Part shown: in pieces, positions 1 to 11,661 of the stretch | Position numbering within the stretch: the stretch's first letter is position 1 | Layout of the letters: every line of letters begins with the position of its first letter | Source: Alphaproteobacteria bacterium | GTDB lineage: Bacteria > Pseudomonadota > Alphaproteobacteria > MPNO01 > UBA830 | Direction: 5' to 3' | NCBI GenBank assembly: GCA_965243135.1 | Contig: OZ251539.1 | Coordinates: 1,792,001 to 1,856,000 of the forward strand | DNA: 64,000 nt | Notes under the pieces: generated by a model | Told to the model about the DNA's origin: nothing | The model's input: the letters and a program-made list of their open reading frames with translations, nothing else | Databases searched by the model: none | Made by a program: the position numbers and the translations under genes

Positions 1-435
1 GCGTCTTCCGGCTACTGGGGAGACCCGGAAGCGACGAAAGCCGCGTGGTCCGACGGGTGGTACGCCACCGGCGACCTCGGAGTTCTCGACGGCGAAGGGC
101 GGCTCACTCTCCTGGGGCGCATCAAGGAAGTGATCAACCGCAGCGGACACAAGATCGTCCCCAACGAAATCGAGCGGGAAATTTCCAGGCATCCGGATGT
201 CTTCGAATGCGCGGTCATAAAGGCGCCTGACTCCGAATACGGAGAGGTCCCCTGGGCTTTCGTGCAAATGCATCCCGGCAAATCGCTCGATGCCGAGGCG
301 CTTGCCGCAACCCTGCAAGGGCTCGCAAGCTACAAGATGCCCGCTCGCTTCGTCGAATTGCCGGAGTTTCCGCGCGTAAGCGGCAACAAGATCGACAAGA
401 AAGCGCTTCTTGCGGCGCCTTCCGGGGAAGCCTGA
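1..435 (+). CDS. AMP-binding acyl-CoA synthetase, 5'-truncated by window edge
   Basis: Open frame from base 1: GYWGDPEAT..GWYATGDLG..GRIKEVINRSGHKI.P.EIE and C-terminal GNKIDK, which are ANL adenylating-enzyme C-terminal motifs. Confidence 0.9.
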   Translation, partial: ASSGYWGDPEATKAAWSDGWYATGDLGVLDGEGRLTLLGRIKEVINRSGHKIVPNEIEREISRHPDVFECAVIKAPDSEYGEVPWAFVQMHPGKSLDAEALAATLQGLASYKMPARFVELPEFPRVSGNKIDKKALLAAPSGEA

Positions 436-607
436 ATACCGGGTTTCCGGAAGAATCCCGGGGAAAGACATCCCGTACGGTCCGGGGAAGACGTTCGGCG
501 TCCCTGCCTGGAAATGGTTGTTCCTTCCGGCCCCCACCCTGCCCGTCCACTCGTTATTCGGCGTCTGTCCGCCGCAGAGTTCTCGGTTTTCCGGGATGCG
601 GGCAGCG

Positions 608-2056
608 TCAATCGAAGATCGCCGGGAACTTTCGCCGCACTTCCGCGGCGAGTTCGGGCGAGGTCATGGCGACGTCGGGAAAGTCGTCGATGCGTTCGTA
701 GGGTATGCAGGCGTCGATGACGACGCGGCTGTTGTAGAGCTTGTCGTCGAACACCATCGTATCGAGGCGCGACGACCAGTTGCGGTCGAGGATCGTGAAG
801 TCGCGCTTCGGATCGGAACGCGTCCCCATCGCCCAGATCACGTCGTTTATGTCGGTCGGGTCGATGTCGTCGTCCACCACCACGATGTAACGGCCGACAT
901 AGCCCGTGGGATTCACTTGCGAGGCTACGAGGCCAACCTGGTTGGCGTGCCCGAAATATCTCTGCTTGATCGATACTGCGACGAAGGTGCGGCCGGAACC
1001 CGCCTGATGGACCCAGACTCCCCTTACGTCGGGGATGCCGGCCCCTTCCAACGAGTCCAGCAGCCCGGCGGAGCGGATGAAGCAGCGTTCGAAGAGATGC
1101 GAATGGGGAGGCTTCTGGCTGGCGGCGCAGGTCAGGATCGGCTCGTCCCGGTGATAGACGCGCTCGATATGAATGACCGGCTCTTCCCTGGCGTCTCCCG
1201 CGTAGTATCCGGTCCATTCCCCGAACGGTCCCTCCAGCGCGGTCTCGTCCGGCGAAACCCAGCCTTCGAGGACGAGTTCGGAACGCGCGGGAAACGGCAG
1301 GCCGGTCGTCTCTCCTTCGACGCAATCGAGCGGCTCTCCGGTCAATCCGCCCGCCCAATCGAACTCCGGCACGTCGTCCGCCAAGGTGTAGCGCGCCGCG
1401 ATGTAGGTCGCCGGATCGATCCCCACCACGATGACCATGGGGCACTTCTTTCCCGCCTCGAGGTACTTGTCGCGCTGGATCCGTCCCTGCTTGCCGTTGG
1501 AAATATAGGAGGTCGCGACGTTCCTGCCGTTGATCATCACCCTGTACGTGCCGACGTTGATCCGTCCGGTGTCTGGATCCCTAGTGACGACGCCGCAGGC
1601 GGTGCCGATATAGCGCCCGCCGTCCTTCTCGTGGTGAATCGGAACCGGGAATTTCAACAGATTCACCTTGTCGTCCCGGTCGACGTTCTCGAACACCGGC
1701 CCTTCGGGCACGATGCGCGGCGGCACCGGTTCGTACCGCTTGATGCGCTTGCGGTACGCGTCGAGCATCGCGCGGCGGTCCCCGGAGGCCGCGGAATCCA
1801 GCCCCAGCCCCAAGGCCAGTCGAAGCGGCGAGCCGAGCATGCCGTAAAGGCAGCGAAAACCCTTGGGATAGCCGGGCACCTCGTCGAACAGCAGGAGCGG
1901 CGACCTGTCGACCTTTTCGCGATAGAGGACCTCGGTCACGGCGCCGATTTCCTTGTCCCAGTGAGCGCCGGAAACGGTCCTGAGCTCGCCGCCGTCTTCG
2001 ACCGCCGCAAGAAAATCGCGGAGGTCGGTCTGCACGCGCATATTGCTCCCGTTCAT
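608..2056 (-). CDS. UbiD family (prFMN-dependent) decarboxylase
   Basis: DLRDFL N-terminus, DGGRYIGT, NVGTYR, EGPFGEWTGYY, VVVDDDID; start at 2056 or 2041. Confidence 0.93.
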   Translation of the reverse strand: MNGSNMRVQTDLRDFLAAVEDGGELRTVSGAHWDKEIGAVTEVLYREKVDRSPLLLFDEVPGYPKGFRCLYGMLGSPLRLALGLGLDSAASGDRRAMLDAYRKRIKRYEPVPPRIVPEGPVFENVDRDDKVNLLKFPVPIHHEKDGGRYIGTACGVVTRDPDTGRINVGTYRVMINGRNVATSYISNGKQGRIQRDKYLEAGKKCPMVIVVGIDPATYIAARYTLADDVPEFDWAGGLTGEPLDCVEGETTGLPFPARSELVLEGWVSPDETALEGPFGEWTGYYAGDAREEPVIHIERVYHRDEPILTCAASQKPPHSHLFERCFIRSAGLLDSLEGAGIPDVRGVWVHQAGSGRTFVAVSIKQRYFGHANQVGLVASQVNPTGYVGRYIVVVDDDIDPTDINDVIWAMGTRSDPKRDFTILDRNWSSRLDTMVFDDKLYNSRVVIDACIPYERIDDFPDVAMTSPELAAEVRRKFPAIFD

Positions 2057-2148
2057 CGTCGCTCTCCGGGCGGCTGCGAAAAAGCCCGCCGCTTCTTCGC
2101 GAAGCGGCGGGCCCGGGTTCGGCGAAGAGCCCTTCGCCTCGTCCGAGT

Positions 2149-3657
2149 CTATTCGCAGAGATGGCCCCACTTTTCACGCGATTCCCGAGCCAATTCGGGC
2201 GATGGCGCGTTGACCGGCGGGAACTCGTCCTTCCAGTGGAACGGACGGCAGGCGTCGATGATCGCGCGGCTGTTGGTGAGATTGCCCTTCTCTTTTTCCC
2301 ACGGCGGGATGCGGGGGTCGAGGTGGGTCGACCAGGCGCCGTTGATGATGTCGATCGACGTGGCCGGATCGGAGCGCGTGAGCATCGCCCAGATCAACTC
2401 CTCGAGGTTGGACACGTCGACGTCCTCGTCGGTGACGATTACGTATTTGCCCGCGTAGGCGCCGACATGGCACTGGCAGGCGACATGGCCAGCCTGCTTG
2501 GAATGCCCCGGATAGCGCTGCTTGATCGAAACGCCGATCAACATGCGCGCCGTGCCGACTTCGTGCAGCCAGGCGGCGGTCACGTCCGGCACGCCGGCCT
2601 TCGCGATGTTTTCCTTGAGAAGGGCCGAACGCGTCACCGCGCGGTAACGGGCGAGTTCGTCCGGCGGGCGCTGGGGCGGGCAGCCGAGGATGATCGGGTT
2701 GTTCCGATGATAGATCGCCTTGATCTCCATCACCGGCTCCTCGCGCATCAGCGAACCGTAATACCCGGTCCACTCCCCGAAAGGACCCTCGGGTTTCTTG
2801 TTCGTCGGATGCACGAAACCCTCAAGCACGATCTCGGCGTCGGCGGGAAACGGCAGGCCGGTGTGCCTGCCTTCGATCATCTTCATCGGCTCGCCGCGGA
2901 AACCGCCGACCACGTCGAACTCGCACACGCCCGGCGGCACTTCCGAGCAACCCATCAGGAAGGTCATCGGATCTCCGCCGCACACGATGACCGCCGGCAT
3001 CGGTTCGTTGCGCTGCTGATACTTGTCGCGGTGGACCCGTCCGTGCTTGCCGGGCGAAATGTAGAAGCCGACCTCGTTCTTGCTCTGAACCATCACGCGA
3101 TAGGTGCCGATATTGATCCAGCCCGTGTCGGGGTCGCGAGTGACGTTGTAGGAACCGGTCCCGATGTAGCGTCCGCCATCCTGCTCGTGCCACATCGGCG
3201 TCGGAAAGGCTTCGACGTCGACCGCGTCGCCTTCGATCACGTTTTCCAGCACCGGGCCGCGCTCGACGATCCGATGCGGAATCTGGGCCAGCTCTTCCAT
3301 GTAGTTCTTCCGGAAAGCGTCGGTCAGCTCGATCTTGCTCAACTCCGAGGGAAAGCCGAGCGTCATGTTGGCGCGCTTGCCGGCGAAGAAGTTCACGAGG
3401 ACCCGCGATCCGTCGAGCGTTCCGGGCACGTTTTCGAAGACCACGCAGGGCGCCTTTTCGTCGTGAAGCACGACCTCGGCAGCCATGCCGATGTCGCGCT
3501 CCCAGCTGGCTCCCTCGACGTGCTTTACCTCGCCGAGCTTCTCCGCTTCCTCGAGCCATTCGCGCAGGTCTTCGTACGGAATCCGGAGTTCGTTCGGCGT
3601 CGCGGCTACGGGTCCGGCAGACACCTTGCCGATTGCGTTTCCCATATCGTCGGCCAT
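2149..3657 (-). CDS. UbiD family decarboxylase (paralogue of adjacent gene)
   Basis: DLREWL, DGGRYIGTG, NIGTYR, EGPFGEWTGYY, IIDACRP. Confidence 0.93.
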   Translation of the reverse strand: MADDMGNAIGKVSAGPVAATPNELRIPYEDLREWLEEAEKLGEVKHVEGASWERDIGMAAEVVLHDEKAPCVVFENVPGTLDGSRVLVNFFAGKRANMTLGFPSELSKIELTDAFRKNYMEELAQIPHRIVERGPVLENVIEGDAVDVEAFPTPMWHEQDGGRYIGTGSYNVTRDPDTGWINIGTYRVMVQSKNEVGFYISPGKHGRVHRDKYQQRNEPMPAVIVCGGDPMTFLMGCSEVPPGVCEFDVVGGFRGEPMKMIEGRHTGLPFPADAEIVLEGFVHPTNKKPEGPFGEWTGYYGSLMREEPVMEIKAIYHRNNPIILGCPPQRPPDELARYRAVTRSALLKENIAKAGVPDVTAAWLHEVGTARMLIGVSIKQRYPGHSKQAGHVACQCHVGAYAGKYVIVTDEDVDVSNLEELIWAMLTRSDPATSIDIINGAWSTHLDPRIPPWEKEKGNLTNSRAIIDACRPFHWKDEFPPVNAPSPELARESREKWGHLCE

Positions 3658-3795
3658 CGCCTGTTTCCTTTTCGGTGGGTGGGGAACACGGCGCGATCAT
3701 GCGCCGAAAGCACGAAGCCGAGCTTACCATCGCCCGGCGATTTGCCACAAATACCTTATCGCGATACATGCGATCTCGAATTGAGAACGCTTGAC

Positions 3796-4701
3796 ATGGA
3801 TCTTCGCCAACTCCGGTACTTCGTGCGCATCGCGGAGAGCGGCTCGTTCCGCGAGGCCGCCGGGCGCGCGAACGTCGCGCAATCCGCGCTCAGCCGCCAT
3901 GTGCGCGCCCTGGAGGAAGAGCTGGGAGTCGTTCTCCTCGAACGCCACGCCCGCGGCGTGCGCCTGACGGCGGCCGGCGGCCGCCTTTTCGAGCGCGCCT
4001 CCCAGATTCTCAAGGACGTCGAGGACGTTCGCGCCGAACTGACCGCCGAAAGCGCAAGCCCGGGCGGCACGGTCAGCGTCGGCGCGTCGGCGACGACCAG
4101 CCGGCTGCTCTACGGTCGCCTCGCGGAAGCGGCCGGGACGCGGTTTCCCCGCATCGCCATCAACATGCTGGAAGGCGCGCCGTACTTCCTTCTGGAGGGT
4201 CTCGACACCGGGCGCATCGACCTCGCGGTAATGGTCGATCCGGAGCCCCGCAGCCGCCTCGCGACCGAACCGCTGGTCAACGAGACGCTTTACCTTATCG
4301 GCGGCAACCGGAAGTCCGGAATGCCGGCCCCGCCCTGCGCGGTCCGCGATCTCGAGAACCTGCCTCTGGTGCTGTTTTCGCGGCCGTCGGGCAGCCGCAT
4401 GTCGGTGGAGGCGGCAGCGGCGGAACAGGGGGTCAGGCTGAACGTGCGTTTCGAAGCCGCGAGTCCGGACGTGGCCAAGGACTTCGTCCGGCGCGGCCTT
4501 GGATTCGGCCTGATGCCGCATTCCTCGATCTATCGAGACGTGCAGGCCGGCGAACTTTCCGCCGTCAGGTGCGACGGCCTCCGGCTGACGCGCGCCTTCG
4601 TTCGCCGCACCGACCGGCCCTCCTCCCCTGCCGTCGAGGCCGTCGCCGGCCTGATTCGCGACGAATTCCGGGCGTTGATCGCCGAACGCGCATTCGGATG
4701 A
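3796..4701 (+). CDS. LysR family transcriptional regulator
   Basis: MDLRQLRYFVRIAESGSFREAA..VAQSALSRHVRALEEELGV HTH; divergent from the ubiD pair. Confidence 0.95.
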   Translation: MDLRQLRYFVRIAESGSFREAAGRANVAQSALSRHVRALEEELGVVLLERHARGVRLTAAGGRLFERASQILKDVEDVRAELTAESASPGGTVSVGASATTSRLLYGRLAEAAGTRFPRIAINMLEGAPYFLLEGLDTGRIDLAVMVDPEPRSRLATEPLVNETLYLIGGNRKSGMPAPPCAVRDLENLPLVLFSRPSGSRMSVEAAAAEQGVRLNVRFEAASPDVAKDFVRRGLGFGLMPHSSIYRDVQAGELSAVRCDGLRLTRAFVRRTDRPSSPAVEAVAGLIRDEFRALIAERAFG

Positions 4702-4780
4702 ACCGCGGCGCGAACGGCGGACGGTTTGACCGGGCGGAGGCGTCGCCGCATAAACGATCCGTCGCCGAACGAGGAAGACG

Positions 4781-6592
4781 ATGATGGGACCGCCCGGTTA
4801 TCACGAAACGCCCGTCAATCTGCCGGCCAACCGGTCGGAACCGCAATACGTTTCGGATGCGATCGCGGATCTGCTCGCCGGCATGGAGTTCGGGCATGTC
4901 TTCCTGCTGCCCGGCGCGAGCTACCGCGGCCTTCACGATTCGCTCGTCAACCACAATCGCAACATCGATCCGCAGATCGTGCTTGCGACAAGCGAATTGT
5001 CGGCGGTCTCGATGGCGCATGGCTACGCCAAGGCGACCGGCAAGCCGTCCCTCTGCATTCTGCACGATCTGGTCGGCGTCATGAACGGCTCGATGGGCGT
5101 CTACAACGCCTGGTGCGACCGCGCCCCGGTCGTCTTTCTCGGCGGGTCGGGCCCTCTTGACCCGGACCGGCGGCGCTTCATCGACTGGAATCATTCGGCC
5201 AGCACGCAGTCGGATATCGTCAAGAAGTGGGTGAAGTGGACGGACGAGCCGCCCACCGCCGCCGCGATTCTTAAATCCATTCTGCAAGGCCGCGCCATCG
5301 CCGCGACGCCTCCGACGGGCCCGGTATATGTGTCCGTCGACAGCCACGTTCAGGAAGAGCCGCTCGACGAACCGCTCGAGACATTTGATCCGGCGCTGCC
5401 GCGCTATCGGCCGCCGCCTCCCGCGGCGCCCAATGAAGAGGCTCTGGCGCAGGCCGCCGCGTGGATCGTCGACGCCGAGTTTCCGGTCATCGTCGGCGGA
5501 CGGCTCGGAATCCGAGAACGAATGCGCGCCCCGCTGATCGATCTGCTTGAAGTTACAGGCGGGGGCGGCCTCAACGACCGCGCGGTATATTGCTGGCCGA
5601 GCGATCACCCGCAGAACCTGTCGGGCGACCGGGACGCGATCCGCGAGGCCGACGTCATCGTCTGTCTGGACGTAATCGACGTCAACAACGTCATGGGCGC
5701 CTACGCCGTCCGCCGCCGTTCGGACCGGCTCGACGCGCGCAAGAAACCGCCGCCCCGAATCATCGACCTGTCGCTCAATCCGTTGGACAACAATTCATGG
5801 ACGGGTTTCGGCGGACCGACGCCTCCCGTCGACCTGCAAATCGTTTGCGAACCGGAACACGGCGTCGAACGCCTGACCGCCGCGGTCCGGAAGGCGGCCG
5901 AGGGCGGCGCGAGAGCCCGCATCGAAGCCCGTCGAAAAATGCTCGCCGAGCGCCACGAAAAATTGCGGGTGGCCCAGACCGAAGAGGCACGCAAGGAATG
6001 GGACTCTTCGCCGATCAAAGTGGATCGCATGATCCACGAGGTGTACCAGGCCGTGAAGGACAGGCCGTGGGCGCTCACCGCCGCCAACCACAGGAGTTTC
6101 AACGAGGTTGTATGGAACTTCCCCGGCGCGGGCGCCTATCTCGGGGCCGATGGCGGCGGCGGCGTGGGATACAACGCGCCAGCGGCGGTCGGCGCCGCGC
6201 TGGCTCTGCACCGGCAAGGAAAGTTTTGCGTCTCGCTGGGCGGCGACGGCGATTACCTCATGGCTTCCGGGTGCATCTGGACAGCGGCGCATTACCGCGT
6301 CCCGATGCTGCATGTCATCAACAACAATTCGACCTGGGGAAACGACGAAGTTCATCAGATAGAGGTCGCCCATGCCCGCAACCGGCCGGAGGACAACGCG
6401 TGGATCGGCCAAGCGATGCGCGATCCCGTCATAAATTTTGCGCAGGTGGCCCGCGGCTTCGGCGCCTGGGCCGAGGGTCCGGTAAGCGATCCAAGGGACC
6501 TTGCCTATGTGCTGCGGCGGGCGGTGTCCGCGGTAGATAACGGGGGCGTCGCCCTCGTCGACGTTAGAACGCGGTTGGGGCGCGTTTCATAG
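4781..6592 (+). CDS. Thiamine-diphosphate-dependent enzyme (acetolactate synthase/benzoylformate decarboxylase-like)
   Basis: PGASYRGLHDS, E..AVSMAHGYA, ThDP motif GDGD..(N)NN. Confidence 0.92.
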   Translation: MMGPPGYHETPVNLPANRSEPQYVSDAIADLLAGMEFGHVFLLPGASYRGLHDSLVNHNRNIDPQIVLATSELSAVSMAHGYAKATGKPSLCILHDLVGVMNGSMGVYNAWCDRAPVVFLGGSGPLDPDRRRFIDWNHSASTQSDIVKKWVKWTDEPPTAAAILKSILQGRAIAATPPTGPVYVSVDSHVQEEPLDEPLETFDPALPRYRPPPPAAPNEEALAQAAAWIVDAEFPVIVGGRLGIRERMRAPLIDLLEVTGGGGLNDRAVYCWPSDHPQNLSGDRDAIREADVIVCLDVIDVNNVMGAYAVRRRSDRLDARKKPPPRIIDLSLNPLDNNSWTGFGGPTPPVDLQIVCEPEHGVERLTAAVRKAAEGGARARIEARRKMLAERHEKLRVAQTEEARKEWDSSPIKVDRMIHEVYQAVKDRPWALTAANHRSFNEVVWNFPGAGAYLGADGGGGVGYNAPAAVGAALALHRQGKFCVSLGGDGDYLMASGCIWTAAHYRVPMLHVINNNSTWGNDEVHQIEVAHARNRPEDNAWIGQAMRDPVINFAQVARGFGAWAEGPVSDPRDLAYVLRRAVSAVDNGGVALVDVRTRLGRVS

Positions 6593-7068
6593 GCACAGGT
6601 CTGGAATTGCAAAACCAGAAAATATGCAAGAAATTGATTTTCAATCATTATCCATGTGCAAGCTGAGATGCGTCAGGATTAAAATCGGCGATTTCGTGAT
6701 AAAATGCCGTTTCGGGCGCGGATTTTGGCACGATCAGGGATCTGACGGGCAAAAAAGAAGGCTTCAAGCGGCAAGGTGCAGCAGAATGTTGGCGGAAATG
6801 CGATTGCCCGATGCTTGCGTTGCCTCCGAAAGTTTTGCAAAATAGAATTACACCCCATGGACAAAGCTTTGCGGTTATCCTCCGCCAATGCACCTTTGGT
6901 GCGTATCACGAAAGGCTTGATTTACAATTCGTATTGACGAAGAGTCATGGCGGCAGCCAAAAGCCAAACAAGCCCTTGGGAAAGAAACCAACTCCGCAGT
7001 TCATTGGGATTATCTTCATTATCAATACGATTTGCAAATTGAGTCTCACGAAATGTTGGAGCGTTGAG

Positions 7069-8697
7069 CTATCCTTCATCGACCACATCCAACCAATCCG
7101 TGAAGATGTGGACCGGCTCGCATATCTCGTGCAGGCCCGTTCGTCCGCGGTTTCCTATTTGGATGCCGTGAAACCGAGTTCCCGCCTCGCGTATCCGCTG
7201 CACATCCGAGATCAAGCCGGGAGGCGCGGGCCATTCGCCATCGCTAACGAACAGCACATCGGCTTTCGACCATTCGCCCTCCCGTAGCCGTTTTAGAACC
7301 TCAGTTATCGCCTCCGTGGGGTCGCTACCGCCACCAAAGGAGAGCGCAAGAAATTTGAGAAATCGGGAGATGCCCTCCAGGGACAGTTCGAGCTCGTGCT
7401 CCTCAATCTGGCTAGGACCACTGAAAGAATAGAGGCGGCAGCTACGTTTCTCTGCGTGCGCCGTGCGGAGCGTTTCCAAAATCAGCGCCTTCGCTACCTG
7501 TTCCGGAAGGCCGTGCATCGAGCCGGACGTGTCGACAACTGCGAGAATGGGTCCCCTGTCCAACCTTGGCTTGCGATTTTCGGAGCGCTCCATTGTCTCG
7601 CACTCTATGGGCACCCGTACGATGTCGACGCCCTCGATCCGGTAGGTCAGCAGGGCCTGTTCCGCCCGGCGCGCGTGCCAGAGCATCTTAAGTTTGGGGT
7701 GGCCGAGCATCGCGGCTTCGACCGGCAACATTCTGGCGATAGACCCGGTCCGCTCGATGCCGCGCGTATCGGCGGGAACCAACGGCAGCGGCGCTTCCCG
7801 TCGCTCTTCCTCCAGCCGCCGCATGGGAATGAACACCCGTTCGGCAACGGATTCCTCCGTTTTGGAAACGTGAAGTCGCCCCAGCGATCTGATGACCTCG
7901 CGAAGGTCAGGCAGCCGCTGGACCAGTTCCCGCAATCTGAGGAGGTCGCGCCATCCGACGTGATGGAGTACGCCGAGCGTGAGATCCCAACCGCGTCCCA
8001 ATACTTGTCCCAAATCGCCGAAGACGTCCGCAATGTCGGCCCATAGGCGCGCTCGTTCCTCCCACTTCTGAAGCACGACCGTGTCAGCGTTCTGTGGACC
8101 GGCAAGAACATCGCGCATGGCTTGGTCGCGCAGGCGTCGGAGAACTTCCCTGTCCAATATGATCTGCTTTCGTCGCTCCCTCATACGATTGGAGCGTTTC
8201 CCCGTTTCCATCTTTTCCTTCAATAGCAAGAGTCGACGTTCCAAATCCTCCCGCTCGCGCAGTTTCTTGCGTTCGATTTCTTCCAACTCGCGTATCCGAT
8301 GAGCAACCTTCATGCGAATCGTTTCATTTTGACTGGAAAACGCTACGAGAATGTCCTTAAGTAGTTCGTCGACCAGCTCTGGGTGATCTTTGCAAAAGTG
8401 AGCTAATCCCATCTGACCCAAGGCCCGGTATACTGGTGCGGAGATCTCTTTCGGAGGCCATAGGTTAACGGGTGGAAGCCGTCCTTTCAGAAGCGCCTCC
8501 CGCCATGCGACTACGCCGCGGACTCGCTCGCGCAGGTCACCGATAGGCATAGTGATAACGTCGTCGAGCAAATGCTCCGGGCATTCATCTAGGACGGCGT
8601 AGCTCCGCTCCAATGCGGCCGCATCGAACCCGCGACTCGCCCGATCTTCAGTATCAGCCAAGCGAGGATCGCGAACTTTCTTCGTCATAATTTTCAT
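7069..8697 (-). CDS. viaA: VWA domain protein, ViaA-like
   Basis: MIDAS VDTSGSMHG.PE.VAKA, FGGGSD, ADVLFVSDGE; directly downstream of a RavA-type ATPase. Confidence 0.8.
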   Translation of the reverse strand: MKIMTKKVRDPRLADTEDRASRGFDAAALERSYAVLDECPEHLLDDVITMPIGDLRERVRGVVAWREALLKGRLPPVNLWPPKEISAPVYRALGQMGLAHFCKDHPELVDELLKDILVAFSSQNETIRMKVAHRIRELEEIERKKLREREDLERRLLLLKEKMETGKRSNRMRERRKQIILDREVLRRLRDQAMRDVLAGPQNADTVVLQKWEERARLWADIADVFGDLGQVLGRGWDLTLGVLHHVGWRDLLRLRELVQRLPDLREVIRSLGRLHVSKTEESVAERVFIPMRRLEEERREAPLPLVPADTRGIERTGSIARMLPVEAAMLGHPKLKMLWHARRAEQALLTYRIEGVDIVRVPIECETMERSENRKPRLDRGPILAVVDTSGSMHGLPEQVAKALILETLRTAHAEKRSCRLYSFSGPSQIEEHELELSLEGISRFLKFLALSFGGGSDPTEAITEVLKRLREGEWSKADVLFVSDGEWPAPPGLISDVQRIREAGTRFHGIQIGNRGRTGLHEICEPVHIFTDWLDVVDEG

Positions 8698-8773
8698 TTC
8701 TCATTATTGGCCCAAAACGCTATCTGGCTTCGGCTTTCGGAGCATCTTCGGTTTAGTTTGGGATTTCTCGGCG

Positions 8774-10288
<1,515 letters not shown>

Positions 10289-10366
10289 GCCCGTATAGCC
10301 CAAATATTCAGTGCGCCGTGGAAAGTGCTTATCTACTTACCTCGCCCGACAACTGTCGTTCCGGTT

Positions 10367-10396
10367 ATTATAGGACAAGCTGATTTCAGCTTGCAA
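10367..10396 (-). promoter_or_regulatory. Putative sigma70 promoter of ravA-viaA with a palindromic operator in the spacer
   Basis: Minus strand TTGCAA-N18-TATAAT; perfect inverted repeat CAAGCTGA-tt-TCAGCTTG at 10376-10393. Confidence 0.5.
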
Positions 10397-10720
10397 CAGG
10401 GACCGTCAACTTTCTCAGCATACGCCGCGCTGCTGCCGGGAGATCACCCGCGAAGCCTTATGCTGCCGGTTGTCAGCGCTGACGGTCCCAGCGCCGGTCC
10501 ACGAGCCACGAAGTTCATGGCGTCAAGCCGCCGTGTGGCGGCCGCCGCTTCGCGTCAACGTGTAGACCCGCAATGTACGGGTCAGGTGGCCTTCGGGACA
10601 GTCTCTGCTTTGCACATACCTTTCCGCATCGCTTGATCGCACTACAGCATGTATACGGTTACCCAAGCTGCGCATTCTGCGTGTTATGCTTCAAACGGGC
10701 CTGCTTGAAGAGGAGAAAAA

Positions 10721-11065
10721 TCATCCGCTCAGCGCTTGCCTCTGGGCATCGCCAAACCCAACCAGTACGAGTTCTTCGGCGTCAAAAACCGGGCGCTTTA
10801 TCAATGCGGGATTGGCCAGCATAAGCGCTTCCGCCTTGGCGGCATCCAATCCGGTCTTGTCGGCATCGTCGATGTTGCGCCATGTGGTGCTGCGGCGATT
10901 AAGCAGCGATTCCCAGCCGAGCGCCTCGATCCACTTCGCAAGATCCTCGTCGGCCAGGCCGTCGCTTCGCAGATCGTGAAATCGGCATTCGATCCCCTCG
11001 GCTTCCAGCCATCGCAGCGCCTTGCGGCAAGTATCGCAGTTCTTGAGGCCGTATACGGCGATCAT
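10721..11065 (-). CDS. ArsC/Spx family (YffB-like) protein
   Basis: YGLKNCDTCRKA, NRRSTTWR, P.LIKRPV. Confidence 0.92.
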   Translation of the reverse strand: MIAVYGLKNCDTCRKALRWLEAEGIECRFHDLRSDGLADEDLAKWIEALGWESLLNRRSTTWRNIDDADKTGLDAAKAEALMLANPALIKRPVFDAEELVLVGFGDAQRQALSG

Positions 11066-11550
11066 TTTCCGTGCTCCCTCACGGTATCGTGGAGAAGTTC
11101 CAGCGCAGAATCGGCGAATGCCCGCATGTTTTCTTTACGATCGTCATTGCCTGTGCGAAGAACGCGGGAAGACGAAGAGGGGCCTGCTACCGCAAGCGCC
11201 ACATGCCCCGCCGGGTCGCCGTAGCGATTGCCGGACGGGCCCGCGGCTCCCGACTCGCCGACCGCCCAGTCGGCTTCAAGCAAATCCCGAACCGTTTCCG
11301 CGCACAAAAGCGCATACCCCTCGGTCGCCCCGCGCATTTCCGCCTTGGCGTCGTCGAAACGCAACAGACCGCGCCGCGCGTTTCGCGTGTAGACGGTCGC
11401 GCCTCCCAGGAAAAATGCGGAGGCTCCCGGAACCGACAGAAGCGCAGCCGATATCAGTCCGCCGCAGGCGGACTCGGAAACCGCGACCGTCTGTCCGCGT
11501 TCCTTGAGAAGAAGACCCACTTTCTCCGCAATCGGCGCGAGAACGGTCAT
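11062..11550 (-). CDS. CinA/PncC family protein
   Basis: VAVSESACGG, PGASAFFLGG..VY, SGAAGP. Confidence 0.9.
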   Translation of the reverse strand: MTVLAPIAEKVGLLLKERGQTVAVSESACGGLISAALLSVPGASAFFLGGATVYTRNARRGLLRFDDAKAEMRGATEGYALLCAETVRDLLEADWAVGESGAAGPSGNRYGDPAGHVALAVAGPSSSSRVLRTGNDDRKENMRAFADSALELLHDTVREHGK

Positions 11551-11661
11551 GATTCGATCCTGCGAGGCCGTCGAAGGTGGATGTCCGTTCCCATGTTGTC
11601 TCTCCTCGCTGGTTTGCGGGGCGGCTCCGGCGTCCGCGGAGGCCCGTGCTGTCGCCGAAAA

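Noticed and set aside
421-492. Short direct repeats TCCGGGGAAG (421, 481; variant at 457)
   Set aside because: Only two or three 10-bp copies in GC-rich DNA; not distinguishable from chance or REP debris
2161-3795. Apparent 846-aa LysR fusion
   Set aside because: The upstream part is the antisense shadow of ubiD; the real start is MDLRQLRYF at 3796. Similar over-extended starts were trimmed for tauD, SDR, narHJI, ligase, degQ and mgtE
6593-7068. IS/MITE remnant in the AT-rich spacer (ATTGA-ttt-TCAAT)
   Set aside because: No transposase fragment, terminal inverted repeat pair or target duplication could be identified by eye
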